DNA of 64,000 nucleotides from Heterodontus francisci (Eukaryota): positions 118,529,593 to 118,593,592 of the forward strand of contig NC_090378.1 of NCBI RefSeq assembly GCF_036365525.1. The letters are read 5' to 3'. The translations under genes were made by a program, and so were the position numbers. Numbering within the stretch: position 1 is the stretch's first letter; every line of letters starts with the position of its first letter. This document shows positions 1 through 15,000 of this stretch, piece after piece. Below the pieces are notes generated by a model. It searched no databases. It was not told the origin of the DNA and saw nothing but the letters and a program-made list of their open reading frames with translations.

Positions 1-3000
1 ATTATATATTATATATAACTGTGGGTTGTGTCAGTAGAGGAGGTGGGACTGTGAGTCCATTATTATATATAATATATAATTGTGGGATGTGTCAGTGCAG
101 GAGGTGGGACTGTGTGTCCAATATTATATATTATATATAACTGTGGGATGTGTCAGTGCGGGAGGTGGGACTGTGTGTCCATTATTATATATTATATATA
201 ACTGTGGAACGTGTCAGTGTGGGAGGTGGGACTATGCGTCCATTATTATATATTATATATAACTGTGGAAAGTGTCAGTCGAGGAGGTGGGACTGTGTGT
301 CCATTATTATATATTATATATAACTGTGGGATGTGTCAGTGCGGGAGGTGGGACTGTGTGTCCATTATTATATATTATATATAACTGTGGGATGTGTCAG
401 TACAGGAGGTGGGACTGTGTGTCCAATATTATGTCTTATATATAACTGTGGAACGTGTCAGTGTGGGAGGTGGGACTATGCGTCCATTATTATATATTAT
501 ATATAACTGTGGAAAGTGTCAGTCGAGGAGGTGGGACTGTGTGTCCATTATTATATATTATATATAACTGTGGGATGTGTCAGAGCGGGAGGTGGGACTG
601 TGTGTCCATTATTATATATTATATATAACTGTGGGATGTGTCAGTACAGGAGGTGGGACTGTGTGTCCAATATTATGTCTTATATATAACTGTGGGACGT
701 GTCAGTCCAGGAGGTGGGACTGTGTGTCCATTATTATATATTAGATATAACTGTGGGATGTGTCAGTACAGGAGGTGGGACTGTGTGTCCATTATTATAT
801 ATTAAATATAACTGTGGGATGTGTCAGTACAGGAGGTGGGACTGTGTGCCCATTATTATATATTATATATAACTGTGGGATGTGTCAGTGCGGGAGGTGG
901 GACTGTGTGTCCATGAACATATATTATATATAACTGTGGGATGTGTCAGTACAGGACGTGGGACTGTGAGCCCATTATTATATATTCTAGATAACAGTGG
1001 GATGTGTCAGTACAGGGGGTGGGACTGTGTGTCCATTATTATATATTATATATAACTGTGGGATGTGTCAGTGCAGGAGGTGGGACTGTGTGTCCATTAT
1101 TATATATTATATATAACTGAGGGATGTGTCAGGACAGGAGGTGGGACTGTGTGTCGATTATAATATATTATATACAACTGTGGGATGTGTCAGTACAGGA
1201 GGTGCGACTGTGTGTCCATTATTATTATTATATATAACTGTGGGATATGTCAGTGCAGGAGGTGGGACTGTATGTCGATTATTATATATTATATATAACT
1301 GTGGGATGTGTCAGAGCGGGAGGTGGGATTTTGTGTCCATTATTATATATAATATATAAATGTGGGATGTGTCAGTGCAGGAGGTGGGACTGTGTGTCCA
1401 TTATTATCTATTATATATAACTGTGGGATGTGTCAGTGCGGGAGGTGGGACTGTGTGTCCATTATTATATATTATATATAACTGTGGGTTGTCTCAGTAG
1501 AGGAGGTGGGACTGTGAGTCCATTATTATATATAATATATAATTGTGGGATGTGTCAGTGCAGGAGGTGGCACTGTGTGTCCAATATTATATATTATATA
1601 TAACTGTGGGTTGTGTCAGTAGAGGAGGTGGGACTGTGAGTCCATTATTATATATAATATATAATTGTGGGATGTGTCAGTGCGGGAGGTGGGACTGTGT
1701 ATCCAATATTATATATTATGTATAACTGTGGGATGTGTCAGTGCAGGAGGTGGGACTGTGTGTCCAATATTATATATTATGTATAACTGTGGGTTGTGTC
1801 AGTAGAGGAGGTGGGACTGTGAGTCCATTATTATATATAATATATAATTGTGGGATGTGTCAGTGCAGGAGGTGGGACTGTGTGTCCAATATTAAATATT
1901 ATATATAACTGTGGGATGTGTCAGTGCGGGAGGTGGGACTGTGTGTCCATTATTATATGTTATATATAACTGTGGAACGTGTCAGTGTGGGAGGTGGGAC
2001 TATGCGTCCATTATTATATATTATATATAACTGTGGAAAGTGTCAGTCGAGGAGGTGGGACTGTGTGTCCATTATTATATATTATATATAACTGTGGGAT
2101 GTGTCAGTGCGGGAGGTGGGACTGTGTGTCCATTATTATATATTATATATAACTGTGGGATGTGTCAGTCCAGGAGGTGGGACTGTGTGTCCATTATTAT
2201 ATATTATATATAACTGTCGAACATGTCAGTCGAGGAGGTGGGACTGTGCGTCCAATATTATATATTATATATAACTGTGGGATGTGTCAGTGCGGGAGGT
2301 GGGACTGTGTGTCCATTATTATATATCATATATAAATGTGGGATGTGTCAGTACAGGAGGTGGGACTGTGTGTCCATTATTATATATTATATATAACTGT
2401 GGGATGTGTCAGTGCAGGAGGTGGGACTGTGTGTCCATTATTATATATTATATATAACTGTCGGATGTGTCAGTGCGGGAGGTGGGACTGTGTGTCCATT
2501 ATTATATATTCTAGATAACTGTCGGATGTGTCAGTACAGGAGGTGGGACTGTGTGTCCATTATTATATATCATATATAAATGTGGGATGTGTCAGTACAG
2601 GAGGTGGGACTGTGTGTCCATTATTATATATTATATATAACTGTGGGATGTGTCAGTGCAGGAGGTGGGACTGTGTGTCCATTATTATATATTATATATA
2701 ACTGTCGGATGTGTCAGTGCGGGAGGTGGGACTGTGTGTCCATTATTATATATTCTAGATAACTGTCGGATGTGTCAGTACAGGAGGTGGGACTGTGTGT
2801 CCAATATTATGTCTTATATATAACTGTGGGATGTGTCAGTGCGGGAGGTGGGACTGTGTGTCCATGAACATATATTATATATAACTGTGGGATGTGTCAG
2901 TACAGGACTTGGGACTGTGAGCCCATTATTATATATTCTAGATAACAGTGGGATCTGTCAGGACAGGAGGTGGGGCTGTGTGTCCAATATTATATATTAT

Positions 3001-6000
3001 ATATAACTGTCGGATGTGTCATAATGGGAGGTGGGACTGTGTTTCCAATATTATATATTATATATAACTGTGGAACGTGTCAGTCGAGGAGGTGGGACTG
3101 TGCGTCCATTATTATATATTATATATAACTGTGGGATGTGTCAGTGCGGGAGGTGGGACTGTGTGTCCATTATTATATATTATATATAACTGTGGAACGT
3201 GTCAGTCGAGGAGGTGGTACTGTGCGTCCATTATTATATATTATATGTAACTGTGGGATGTGTCAGTGCGGGAGGTGGGACTGTCTGTCCATTATTATAT
3301 ATTATATATAACTGTGGAACGTGTCAGTCGAGGAGGTGGCACGGTGCGTCCATTATTATATATTATATATAACTGTGGGATGTGTCAGTGCAGGAGGTGG
3401 GACTGTGTGTCCATTATTATATATTATATATAACTGTGGAACGTGTCAGTCGAGGAGGTGGGACTGTGCGTCCATTATTAGATATTATATATAACTGTGG
3501 GATGTGTCAGTGCGGGAGGTGGGACTGTGTGTCCATTACTATATATTATATATAACTGTGGAACGTGTAAATCAAGGAGGTGGGACTGTGTCTCCATTAT
3601 TATATATTATATATAACTGTGGAAGGTGTCAGTCGAGGAGGTGGGACTGTGCGTCCCTTATTATATATTATATATAACTGTGGAAAGTGTCAGTCGAGGA
3701 GGTGGGACTGTGTGTCCATTATTATATATTATATATAACTGTCGGATGTGTCATAATGGGAGGTGGGACTGTGTTTCCAATATTATATATTATATATAAC
3801 TGTGGAACGTGTCAGTCGAGGAGGTGGGACTGTGCGTCCATTATTATATATTATATATAACTGTGGGATGTGTCAGTGCGGGAGGTGGGACTGTGTGTCC
3901 ATTATTATATATTATATATAACTGTGGAACGTGTCAGTCGAGGAGGTGGTACTGTGCGTCCATTATTATATATTATATGTAACTGTGGGATGTGTCAGTG
4001 CGGGAGGTGGGACTGTCTGTCCATTATTATATATTATATATAACTGTGGAACGTGTCAGTCGAGGAGGTGGCACGGTGCGTCCATTATTATATATTATAT
4101 ATAACTGTGGGATGTGTCAGTGCAGGAGGTGGGACTGTGTGTCCATTATTATATATTATATATAACTGTGGAACGTGTCAGTCGAGGAGGTGGGACTGTG
4201 CGTCCATTATTAGATATTATATATAACTGTGGGATGTGTCAGTGCGGGAGGTGGGACTGTGTGTCCATTACTATATATTATATATAACTGTGGAACGTGT
4301 AAATCCTGGAGGTGGGACTGTGTCTCCATTATTATATATTATATATAACTGTGGAAGGTGTCAGTCGAGGAGGTGGGACTGTGCGTCCCTTATTATATAT
4401 TATATATAACTGTGGAAAGTGTCAGTCGAGGAGGTGGGACTGTGTGTCCATTATTATATATTATATATAACTGTGGGATGTGTCAGTGCGGGAGGTGGGA
4501 CTGTGTGTCCATTATTATATGTTATATATAACTGTGGGATGTGTCAGTACAGGAGGTGGGACTGTGTGTCCATTATTATATATTATATATAACTGTGGAA
4601 CGTGTCAGTCGAGGAGGTGGGACTGTGCGTCCATTATTATATATTATATATAACTGTGGGATGTGTCAGTGCGGGAGGTGGGACTGTGTGTCCATTATTA
4701 TATATTATATATAACTGTCGGATGTGTCAGTGCAGGAGGTGGGACTGTGTGTCCATTATTATATATTATATATAACTGTGGAACGTGTCAGTCGAGGAGG
4801 TGGGACTGTGCGTCCATTATTATATATTATATATAACTGTGGGATGTGTCAGTGCGGGAGGTGGGACTGTGTGTCCATTATTATATATTATATATAACTG
4901 TCGGATGTGTCAGTGCAGGAGGTGGGACTATGTGTCCATTATTATATATTCTAGATAACTGTCGGATGTGTCAGTACAGGAGGTGGGACTGTGTGTCCAA
5001 TATTATGTCTTATATATAACTGTGGGATGTGTCAGTACAGGACGTGGGACTGTGAGCCCATTATTATATATTCTAGATAACAGTGGGATCTGTCAGGACA
5101 GGAGGTGGTGCTGTGTGTCCAATATTATATATTATATATAACTGTCGGATGTGTCAGTACAGGAGGTGGGACAGTGTGTCCAATATTATGTCTTATATAT
5201 CACTGTGGGACGTGTCAGTCCAGGAGGTGGGACTGTGTGTCCATTATTATATATTAGATATAACTGTGGGATGTGTCAGTACAGGAGGTGGGACTGTGTG
5301 TCCATTATTATATATTAAATATAACTGTGGGATGTGTCAGTACAGGAGGTGGGACTGTGTGTCCATTATTATATATTATATATAAATGTGGGATGTGTCA
5401 GTGCAGGAGGTGGGACTGTGTGTCCATTATTATATATTATATATAACTGTGGGATGTGTCAGTGCGGGAGGTGGGACTGTGTGTCCATGAACATATATTA
5501 TATATAACTGTGGGATGTGTCAGTACAGGACGTGGGACTGTGAGCCCATTATTATATATTCTAGATAACAGTGGGATGTGTCAGTACAGGGGGTGGGACT
5601 GTGTGTCCATTATTATATATTATATATAACTGTGGGATGTGTCAGTGCAGGAGGTGGGACTGTGTGTCCATTATTATATATTATATATAACTGAGGGATG
5701 TGTCAGGACAGGAGGTGGGACTGTGTGTCCATTATTATATATTATATATAACTGTGGGATGTGTCAGTGCGGGAGGTGGGACTGTGTGTCGATTATAATA
5801 TATTATATACAACTGTGGGATGTGTCAGTACAGGAGGTGGGACTGTGTGTCCATTATTATATATTATATATAACTGAGGGATGTGTCAGTACAGGAGGTG
5901 CGACTGTGTGTCCATTATTATTATTATATATAACTGTGGGATGTGTCTGTGCAGGAGGTGGGACTGTGTGTCCATTATTATATATTATATATAACTGTGG

Positions 6001-9000
6001 GATGTGTCAGAGCGGGAGGTGGCATTTTGTGTCCATTATTATATATAATATATAAATGTGGGATGTGTCAGTGCAGGAGGTGGGACTGTCTGTCCATTAT
6101 TATATATTATATATAACTGTGGGATGTGTCAGTGCGGGAGGTGGGACTGTGTGTCCATTATTATATATTATATATAACTGTGGGATGTGTCAGTGCGGGA
6201 GGTGGGACTGTGTGTCCATTATTATATATTATATATAACTGTGGGTTGTGTCAGTAGAGGAGGTTGGACTGTGAGTCCATTATTATATATAATATATAAT
6301 TGTGGGATGTGTCAGTGCAGGAGGTGGGACTGTGTGTCCATTCTTATCTATTATATATAACTGTGGGATGTGTCAGTGCGGGAGGTGGGACTGTGTGTCC
6401 ATTATTATATATTATATATAACTGTGGGATGTGTCAGTGCGGGAGGTGGGACTGTGTGTCCATTATTATATATTATATATAACTGTGGGTTGTGTCAGTA
6501 GAGGAGGTGGGACTGTGAGTCCATTATTATATATAATATATAATTGTGGGATGTGTCAGTGCGGGAGGTGGGACTGTGTGTCCATTATTATATATTATAT
6601 ATAACTGTGGGTTGTGTCAGTAGAGGAGGTGGGACTGTGAGTCCATTATTATATATAATATATAATTGTGGGATGTGTCAGTGCGGGAGGTGGGACTGTG
6701 TATCCAATATTATATATTATGTATAACTGTGGGATGTGTCAGTGCAGGAGGTGGGACTGTGTGTCCAATATTATATATTATGTATAACTGTGGGTTGTGT
6801 CAGCAGAGGAGGTGGGACTGTGAGTCCATTATTATATATAATATATAACTGTGGAACGTGTCAGTGTGGGAGGTGGGACTATGCGTCCATTATTATATAT
6901 TATATATAACTGTGGAAAGTGTCAGTCGAGGAGGTGGGACTGTGTGTCCATTATTATATATTATATATAATTGTGGGATGTGTCAGTGCGGGAGGTGGGA
7001 CTGTGTATCCATTATTATATATTATATATAACTGTCGAACGTGTCAGTCGAGGAGGTGGGGCTGTGCGTCCAATATTATATATTATATATAACTGTGGGA
7101 TGCGTCAGTGCGGGAGGTGGGACTGTGTGTCCATTATTATATATCATATATAAATGTGGGATGTGTCAGTGCAGGAGGTGGGACTGTGTGTCCATTATTA
7201 TATATTATATATAACTGTCGGATGTGTCAGTGCGGGAGGTGGGACTGTGTGTCCATTATTATATATTCTAGATAACTGTCGGATGTGTCAGTACAGGAGG
7301 TGGGACTGTGTGTCCAATATTATGTCTTATACATCACTGTGGGATGTGTCAGTGCGGGAGGTGGGACTGTGTGTCCATGAACATATATTATATATAACTG
7401 TGGGATGTGTCAGTACAGGACTTGGGACTGTGAGCCCATTATTATATATTCTAGGTAACTGTGGGATCTGTCAGGACAGGAGGTGGGGCTGTGTGTCCAA
7501 TATTATATATTATATATAACTGTCGGATGTGTCAGTACAGGAGGTGGGACTGTGTGTCCAATATTATGTCTTATATATAACTGTGGGACGTGTCAGTCCA
7601 GGAGGTGGGACTGTGTGTCCATTATTATATATTAGATATAACTGTGGGATGTGTCAGTACAGGAGGTGGGACTGTGTGTCCATTATTATATATTATATAT
7701 AACTGTTGAATGTGTCAGTACAGGAGGTGGGACTGTGTGTCCATTATTATATATTATATATAAATGTGGGATGTGTCAGTGCAGGAGGTGGGACTGTGTG
7801 TCCATTATTATATATTATATATAACTGTGGGATGTGTCAGTACAGGACGTGGGACTGTGAGCCCATTATTATATATTCTAGATAACAGTGGGATGTGTCA
7901 GTACAGGGGGTGGGACTGTGTGTCCATTATTATATATTATATATAACTGTGGGATGTGTCAGTGCAGGAGGTGGGACTGTGTGTCCATTATTATATATTA
8001 TATATAACTGAGGGATGTGTCAGGACAGGAGGTGGGACTGTGTGTCCATTATTATATATTATATATAACTGTGGGATGTGTCAGTGCGGGAGGTGGGACT
8101 GTGTGTCGATTATAATATATTATATACAACTGTGGGATGTGTCAGTACAGGAGGTGGGACTGTGTGTCGATTATTATATATTATATATAACTGTGGGATG
8201 TGTCAGTGCGGGAGGTGGGACTGTGTGTCCATTATTATATATTATATATAAATGTGGGATGTGTCAGAGCAGGAGGTGGGACTGTGTGTCCATTATTATC
8301 TATTATATATAACTGTGGGATGTGTCAGTGCGGGAGGTGGGACTGTGAGTCCATTATTATATATAATATATAATTGTGGGATGTGTCAGTGCAGGAGGTG
8401 GGACTGTGTGTCCAATATTATATATTATATATAACTGTGGGATGTGTCAGTGCGGGAGGTGGGACTGTGTGTCCAATATTATATATTATATATAACTGTG
8501 GGTTGTGTCAGTAGAGGAGGTGGGACTGTGAGTCCATTATTATATATAATATATAACTGTGGGATGTGTCAGTGCGGGAGGTGGGACTGTGTGTCCAATA
8601 TTATATATTATGTATAACTGTGGGTTGTGTCAGTAGAGGAGGTGGGACTGTGAGTCCATTATTATATATAATATATAATTGTGGGATGTGTCAGTGCAGG
8701 AGGTGGGACTGTGTGTCCAATATTATATATTATGTATAACTGTGGGATGTGTCAGTGCAGGAGGTGGGACTGTGTATCCATTATTATATATTATATATAA
8801 CTGTGGGATGTGTCAGTGCAGGAGGTGGGACTGTGTGTCCAATATTATATATTATGTATAACTGTGGGTTGTGTCAGTAGAGGAGGTGGGACTGTGTGTC
8901 CAATATTATATATTATGTATAACTGTGGGATGTGTCAGTGCAGGAGGTGGGACTGTGTGTCCAATATTATATATTATATATAACTGTGGGATGTGTCAGT

Positions 9001-12000
9001 GCGGGAGGTGGGACTGTGTGTCCATTATTATATATCATATATATAACTGTGGGATGTGTCAGTGCGGGAGGTGGGACTGTGTGTCCATTATTATATATTA
9101 TATATAACTGTGGGTTGTGTCAGTAGAGGAGGTGGGACTGTGTGTCCATTATTATATATTATATATAACTGTGGGATGTGTCAGTACAGGAGGTGGAACT
9201 GTTGTCCATTATTATATTTTATATATAAAGCTGTGGAACGTGTCAGTGCAGGAGGTGGAACCATGTGTCCATTATTATATATCAAATATAACTGTGGAAC
9301 GTGTCAGTCGAGGAGGTGGGACTGTGTGTCCATTATTATATAATATATATAACTGTCGGTTGTGTCAGTACAGGAGGTGGGAATGTGTGTTTATTATTAC
9401 ATATTATATATAACTGTGGGACGTGTCAGTACAGGAGGTGGGACTGTGTGTCCATTATAATATTATATATAACTGTGGGATGTGTCAGTACAGGAGGTGG
9501 GACTGTGTGTCTATTATTATATATTATATATAACTGTGGGATGTGTCAGTACAGGAGGTGGGACTGTGTGTCTATTATTATATATTATATATAATTGTGG
9601 GATATGTCAGTACAGGAGGTGGGACTGTGTGTCCATTATTGTAGATTATATATAACTGTGAGATGTGTCAGTACAGAAGGTGGGACTGTGTGTCCATTAT
9701 TATATATTATATATAACTGTGGGATGTGTCAGTACAGGAGGTGGGACTGTGTGTCCATTATTATATATTATATATAACTGTGGGATGTGTCAGTACAGGA
9801 GGTGGGACTCTGTGTCTATTATTGTATATGTTATATAACTGTGAGATGTGTCAGTACAGAAGGTGGGACTGTGTGTCCATTATTATATATTATATATAAC
9901 TGTGGGATGTGTCAGTACAGGAGGTGGGACTGTGTGTCTATTATTGTATATGATATATAACTGTGAGATGTGTCAGTACAGAAGGTAGGACTGTGTGTCC
10001 ATTATTATATATGATATATAACTGTGAGATGTGTCAGTACAGGAGGTGGGACTGTGTATCCATTATTATATATTATATATAACTGTGGGATGTGTCAGTG
10101 CAGGAGGTGGGACTGTGTGTCCAATATTATATATTATATATAACTGTGGGATGTGTCAGTGCGGGAGGTAGGACTGTGTGTCCAATATTATATATTATAT
10201 ATAACTGTGGGTTGTGTCAGAAGAGGAGGTGGGACTGTGAGTCCATTATTATATATAATATATAATTGTGGGATGTGTCAGTGCGGGAGGTGGGACTGTG
10301 TGTCCATTATTATATATTATATATAACTGTGGGTTGTGTCAGTAGAGGAGGTGGGACTGTGAGTCCAATATTATATATTATGTATAACTGTGGGTTGTGT
10401 CAGTAGAGGAGGTGGGACTGTGAGTCCATTATTATATATAATATATAATTGTGGGATGTGTCAGTGCGGGAGGTGGGACTGTGTATCCAATATTATATAT
10501 TATGTATAACTGTGGGATGTGTCAGTGCAGGAGGTGGGACTGTGTGTCCAATATTATATATTATGTATAACTGTGGGTTGTGTCAGTAGAGGAGGTGGGA
10601 CTGTGAGTCCATTATTATATATAATATATAATTGTGGGATGTGTCAGTGCAGGAGGTGGGACTGTGTGTCCATTATTATATATTATATATAACTGTGGAA
10701 CGTGTCAGTGTGGGAGGTGGGACTATACGTCCATTATTATATATTATATATAACTGTGGAAAGTGTCAGTCGAGGAGGTGGGACTGTGTGTCCATTATTA
10801 TATATTATATATAACTGTGGGATGTGTCAGTGCGGGAGGTGGGACTGTGTGTCCATTATTATATATTATATATAACTGTGGGATGTGTCAGTCCAGGAGG
10901 TGGGACTGTGTGTCCATTATTATATATTATATATAACTGTGGGATGTGTCAGTGCGGGAGGTGGGACTGTGTGTCCATTATTATATATTATATATAACTG
11001 TGGGATGTGTCAGTGCAGGAGGTGGGACTGTGTGTCCAATATTATATATTATATATAACTGTGGGATGTGTCAGTGCGGGAGGTGGGACTGTGTGTCCAT
11101 TATTATATATTATATATAACTGTGGAACGTGTCAGTGTGGGAGGTGGGACTATGCGTCCATTATTATATATTATATATAACTGTGGAAAGTGTCAGTCGA
11201 GGAGGTGGGACTGTGTGTCCATTATTATATATTATATATAACTGTGGGATGTGTCAGTGCGGGAGGTGGGACTGTGTGTCCATTATTATATATTATATAT
11301 AACTGTGGGATGTGTCAGTCCAGGAGGTGGGACTGTGTGTCCATTATTATATATTATATATAACTGTCGAACGTGTCAGTCGAGGAGGTGGGACTGTGCG
11401 TCCAATATTATATATTATATATAACTGTGGGATGTGTCAGTGCGGGAGGTGGGACTGTGTGTCCATTATTATATATCATATATAAATGTGGGATGTGTCA
11501 GTACAGGAGGTGGGACTGTGTGTCCATTATTATATATTATATATAACTGTGGGATGTGTCAGTGCAGGAGGTGGGACTGTGTGTCCATTATTATATATTA
11601 TATATAACTGTCGGATGTGTCAGTGCGGGAGGTGGGACTGTGTGTCCATTATTATATATTCTAGATAACTGTCGGATGTGTCAGTACAGGAGGTGGGACT
11701 GTGTGTCCATTATTATATATCATATATAAATGTGGGATGTGTCAGTACAGGAGGTGGGACTGTGTGTCCATTATTATATATTATATATAACTGTGGGATG
11801 TGTCAGTGCAGGAGGTGGGACTGTGTGTCCATTATTATATATTATATATAACTGTCGGATGTGTCAGTGCGGGAGGTGGGACTGTGTGTCCATTATTATA
11901 TATTCTAGATAACTGTCGGATGTGTCAGTACAGGAGGTGGGACTGTGTGTCCAATATTATGTCTTATATATAACTGTGGGATGTGTCAGTGCGGGAGGTG

Positions 12001-15000
12001 GGACTGTGTGTCCATGAACATATATTATATATAACTGTGGGATGTGTCAGTACAGGACTTGGGACTGTGAGCCCATTATTATATATTCCAGAGAACAGTG
12101 GGATCTGTCAGGACAGGAGGTGGGGCTGTGTGTCCAATATTATATATTATATATAACTGTCGGATGTGTCATAATGGGAGGTGGGACTGTGTGTCCATGA
12201 ACATATATTATATATAACTGTGGGATGTGTCAGTACAGGACTTGGGACTGTGAGCCCATTATTATATATTCTAGATAACAGTGGGATCTGTCAGGACAGG
12301 AGGTGGGACTGTGTGTCCAATATTATATATTATATATAACTGTGGAACGTGTCAGTCGAGGAGGTGGGACTGTGCGTCCATTATTATATATTATATATAA
12401 CTGTGGAACGTGTAAATCAAGGAGGTGGGACTATGTCTCCATTATTATATATTATATATAACTGTGGAAGGTGTCAGTCGAGGAGGTGGGACTGTGCGTC
12501 CCTTATTATATATTATATATAACTGTGGAAAGTGTCAGTCGAGGAGGTGGGACTGTGTGTCCATTACTATATATTATATAACACTGTGGAACGTGTAAAT
12601 CAAGGAGGTGGGACTATGTCTCCATTATTATATATTATATATAACTGTGGAAGGTGTCAGTCGAGGAGGTGGGACTGTGCGTCCCTTATTATATATTATA
12701 TATAACTGTGGAAAGTGTCAGTCGAGGAGGTGGGACTGTGTGTCCATTATTATATATTATATATAACTGTGGGATGTGTCAGTGCGGGAGGTGGGACTGT
12801 GTGTCCATTATGAGATGTTATATATAACTGTGGGATGTGTCAGTCGAGGAGGTGGTACTGTGCGTCCATTATTAAATATTATATATAACTGTGGGATGTG
12901 TCAGTGCGGGAGGTGGGACTGTGTGTCCATTACTATATATTATATATAACTGTGGAACGTGTAAATCAAGGAGGTGGGACTATGTCTCCATTATTATATA
13001 TTATATATAACTGTGGAAGGTGTCAGTCGAGGAGGTGGGACTGTGCGTCCCTTATTATATATTATATATAACTGTGGAAAGTGTCAGTCGAGGAGGTGGG
13101 ACTGTGTGTCCATTATTATATATTATATATAACTGTCGGATGTGTCAGTGCGGGAGGTGGGACTGTGTGTCCATTATTATATGTTATATATAACTGTGGG
13201 ATTTGTCAGTACAGGAGGTGGGACTGTGTGTCCATTATTATATATTATATATAACTGTGGAACGTGTCAGTCGAGGAGGTGGGACTGTGCGTCCATTATT
13301 ATATATTATATATAACTGTGGGATGTGTCAGTACAGGAGGTGGGACTGTGTGTCCATTATTATATATTATATATAACTGTCGGATGTGTCAGTGCAGGAG
13401 GTGGGACTGTGTGTCCATTATTATATATTCTAGATAACTGTCGGATGTGTCAGTACAGGAGGTGGGACTGTGTGTCCAATATTATGTCTTATATATAACT
13501 GTGGGATGTGTCAGTACAGGACGTGGGACTGTGAGCCCATTATTATATATTCTAGATAACAGTGGGATCTGTCAGGACAGGAGGTGGTGCTGTGTGTCCA
13601 ATATTATGTCTTATATATCACTGTGGGACGTGTCAGTCCAGGAGGTGGGACTGTGTGTCCATTATTATATATTAGATATAACTGTGGGATGTGTCAGTAC
13701 AGGAGGTGGGACTGTGTGTCCATTATTATATATTAAATATAACTGTGGGATGTGTCAGTACAGGAGGTGGGACTGTGTGTCCATTATTATATATTATATA
13801 TAAATGTGGGATGTGTCAGTGCAGGAGGTGGGACTGTGTGTCCATTATTATATATTATATATAACTGTGGGATGTGTCAGTGCGGGAGGTGGGACTGTGT
13901 GTCCATGAACATATATTATATATAACTGTGGGATGTGTCAGTACAGGACGTGGGACTGTGAGCCCATTATTATATATTCTAGATAACAGTGGGATGTGTC
14001 AGTACAGGGGGTGGGACTGTGTGTCCATTATTATATATTATATATAACTATGGGATGTGTCAGTGCAGGAGGTGGGACTGTGTGTCCATTATTATATATT
14101 ATATATAACTGAGGGATGTGTCAGGACAGGAGGTGGGACTGTGTGTCCATTATTATATATTATATATAACTGTGGGATGTGTCAGTGCGGGAGGTGGGAC
14201 TGTGTGTCGATTATAATATATTATATACAACTGTGGGATGTTTCAGTACAGGAGGTGGGACTGTGTGTCCATTATTATATATTATATATAACTGAGGGAT
14301 GTGTCAGTACAGGAGGTGCGACTGTGTGTCCATTATTATTATTATATATAACTGTGGGATGTGTCTGTGCAGGAGGTGGGACTGTGTGTCGATTATTATA
14401 TATTATATATAACTGTGGGATGTGTCAGAGCGGGAGGTGGGATTTTGTGTCCATTATTATATATAATATATAAATGTGGGATGTGTCAGTGCAGGAGGTG
14501 GGACTGTGTGTCCATTATTATCTATTATATATAACTGTGGGATGTGTCAGTGCGGGAGGTGGGACTGTGTGTCCATTATTATATATTATATATAACTGTG
14601 GGATGTGTCAGTGCGGGAGGTGGGACTGTGTGTCCATTATTATATATTATATATAACTGTGGGTTGTGTCAGTAGAGGAGGTGGGACTGTGAGTCCATTA
14701 TTATATATAATATATAATTGTGGGATGTGTCAGTGCAGGAGGTGGGACTGTGTGTCCAATATTATATATTATATATAACTGTGGGATGTGTCAGTGCGGG
14801 AGGTAGGACTGTGTGTCCAATATTATATATTATATATAACTGTGGGTTGTGTCAGTAGAGGAGGTGGGACTGTGAGTCCATTATTATATATAATATATAA
14901 TTGTGGGATGTGTCAGTGCGGGAGGTGGGACTGTGTGTCCATTATTATATATTATATATAACTGTGGGTTGTGTCAGTAGAGGAGGTGGGACTGTGTGTC

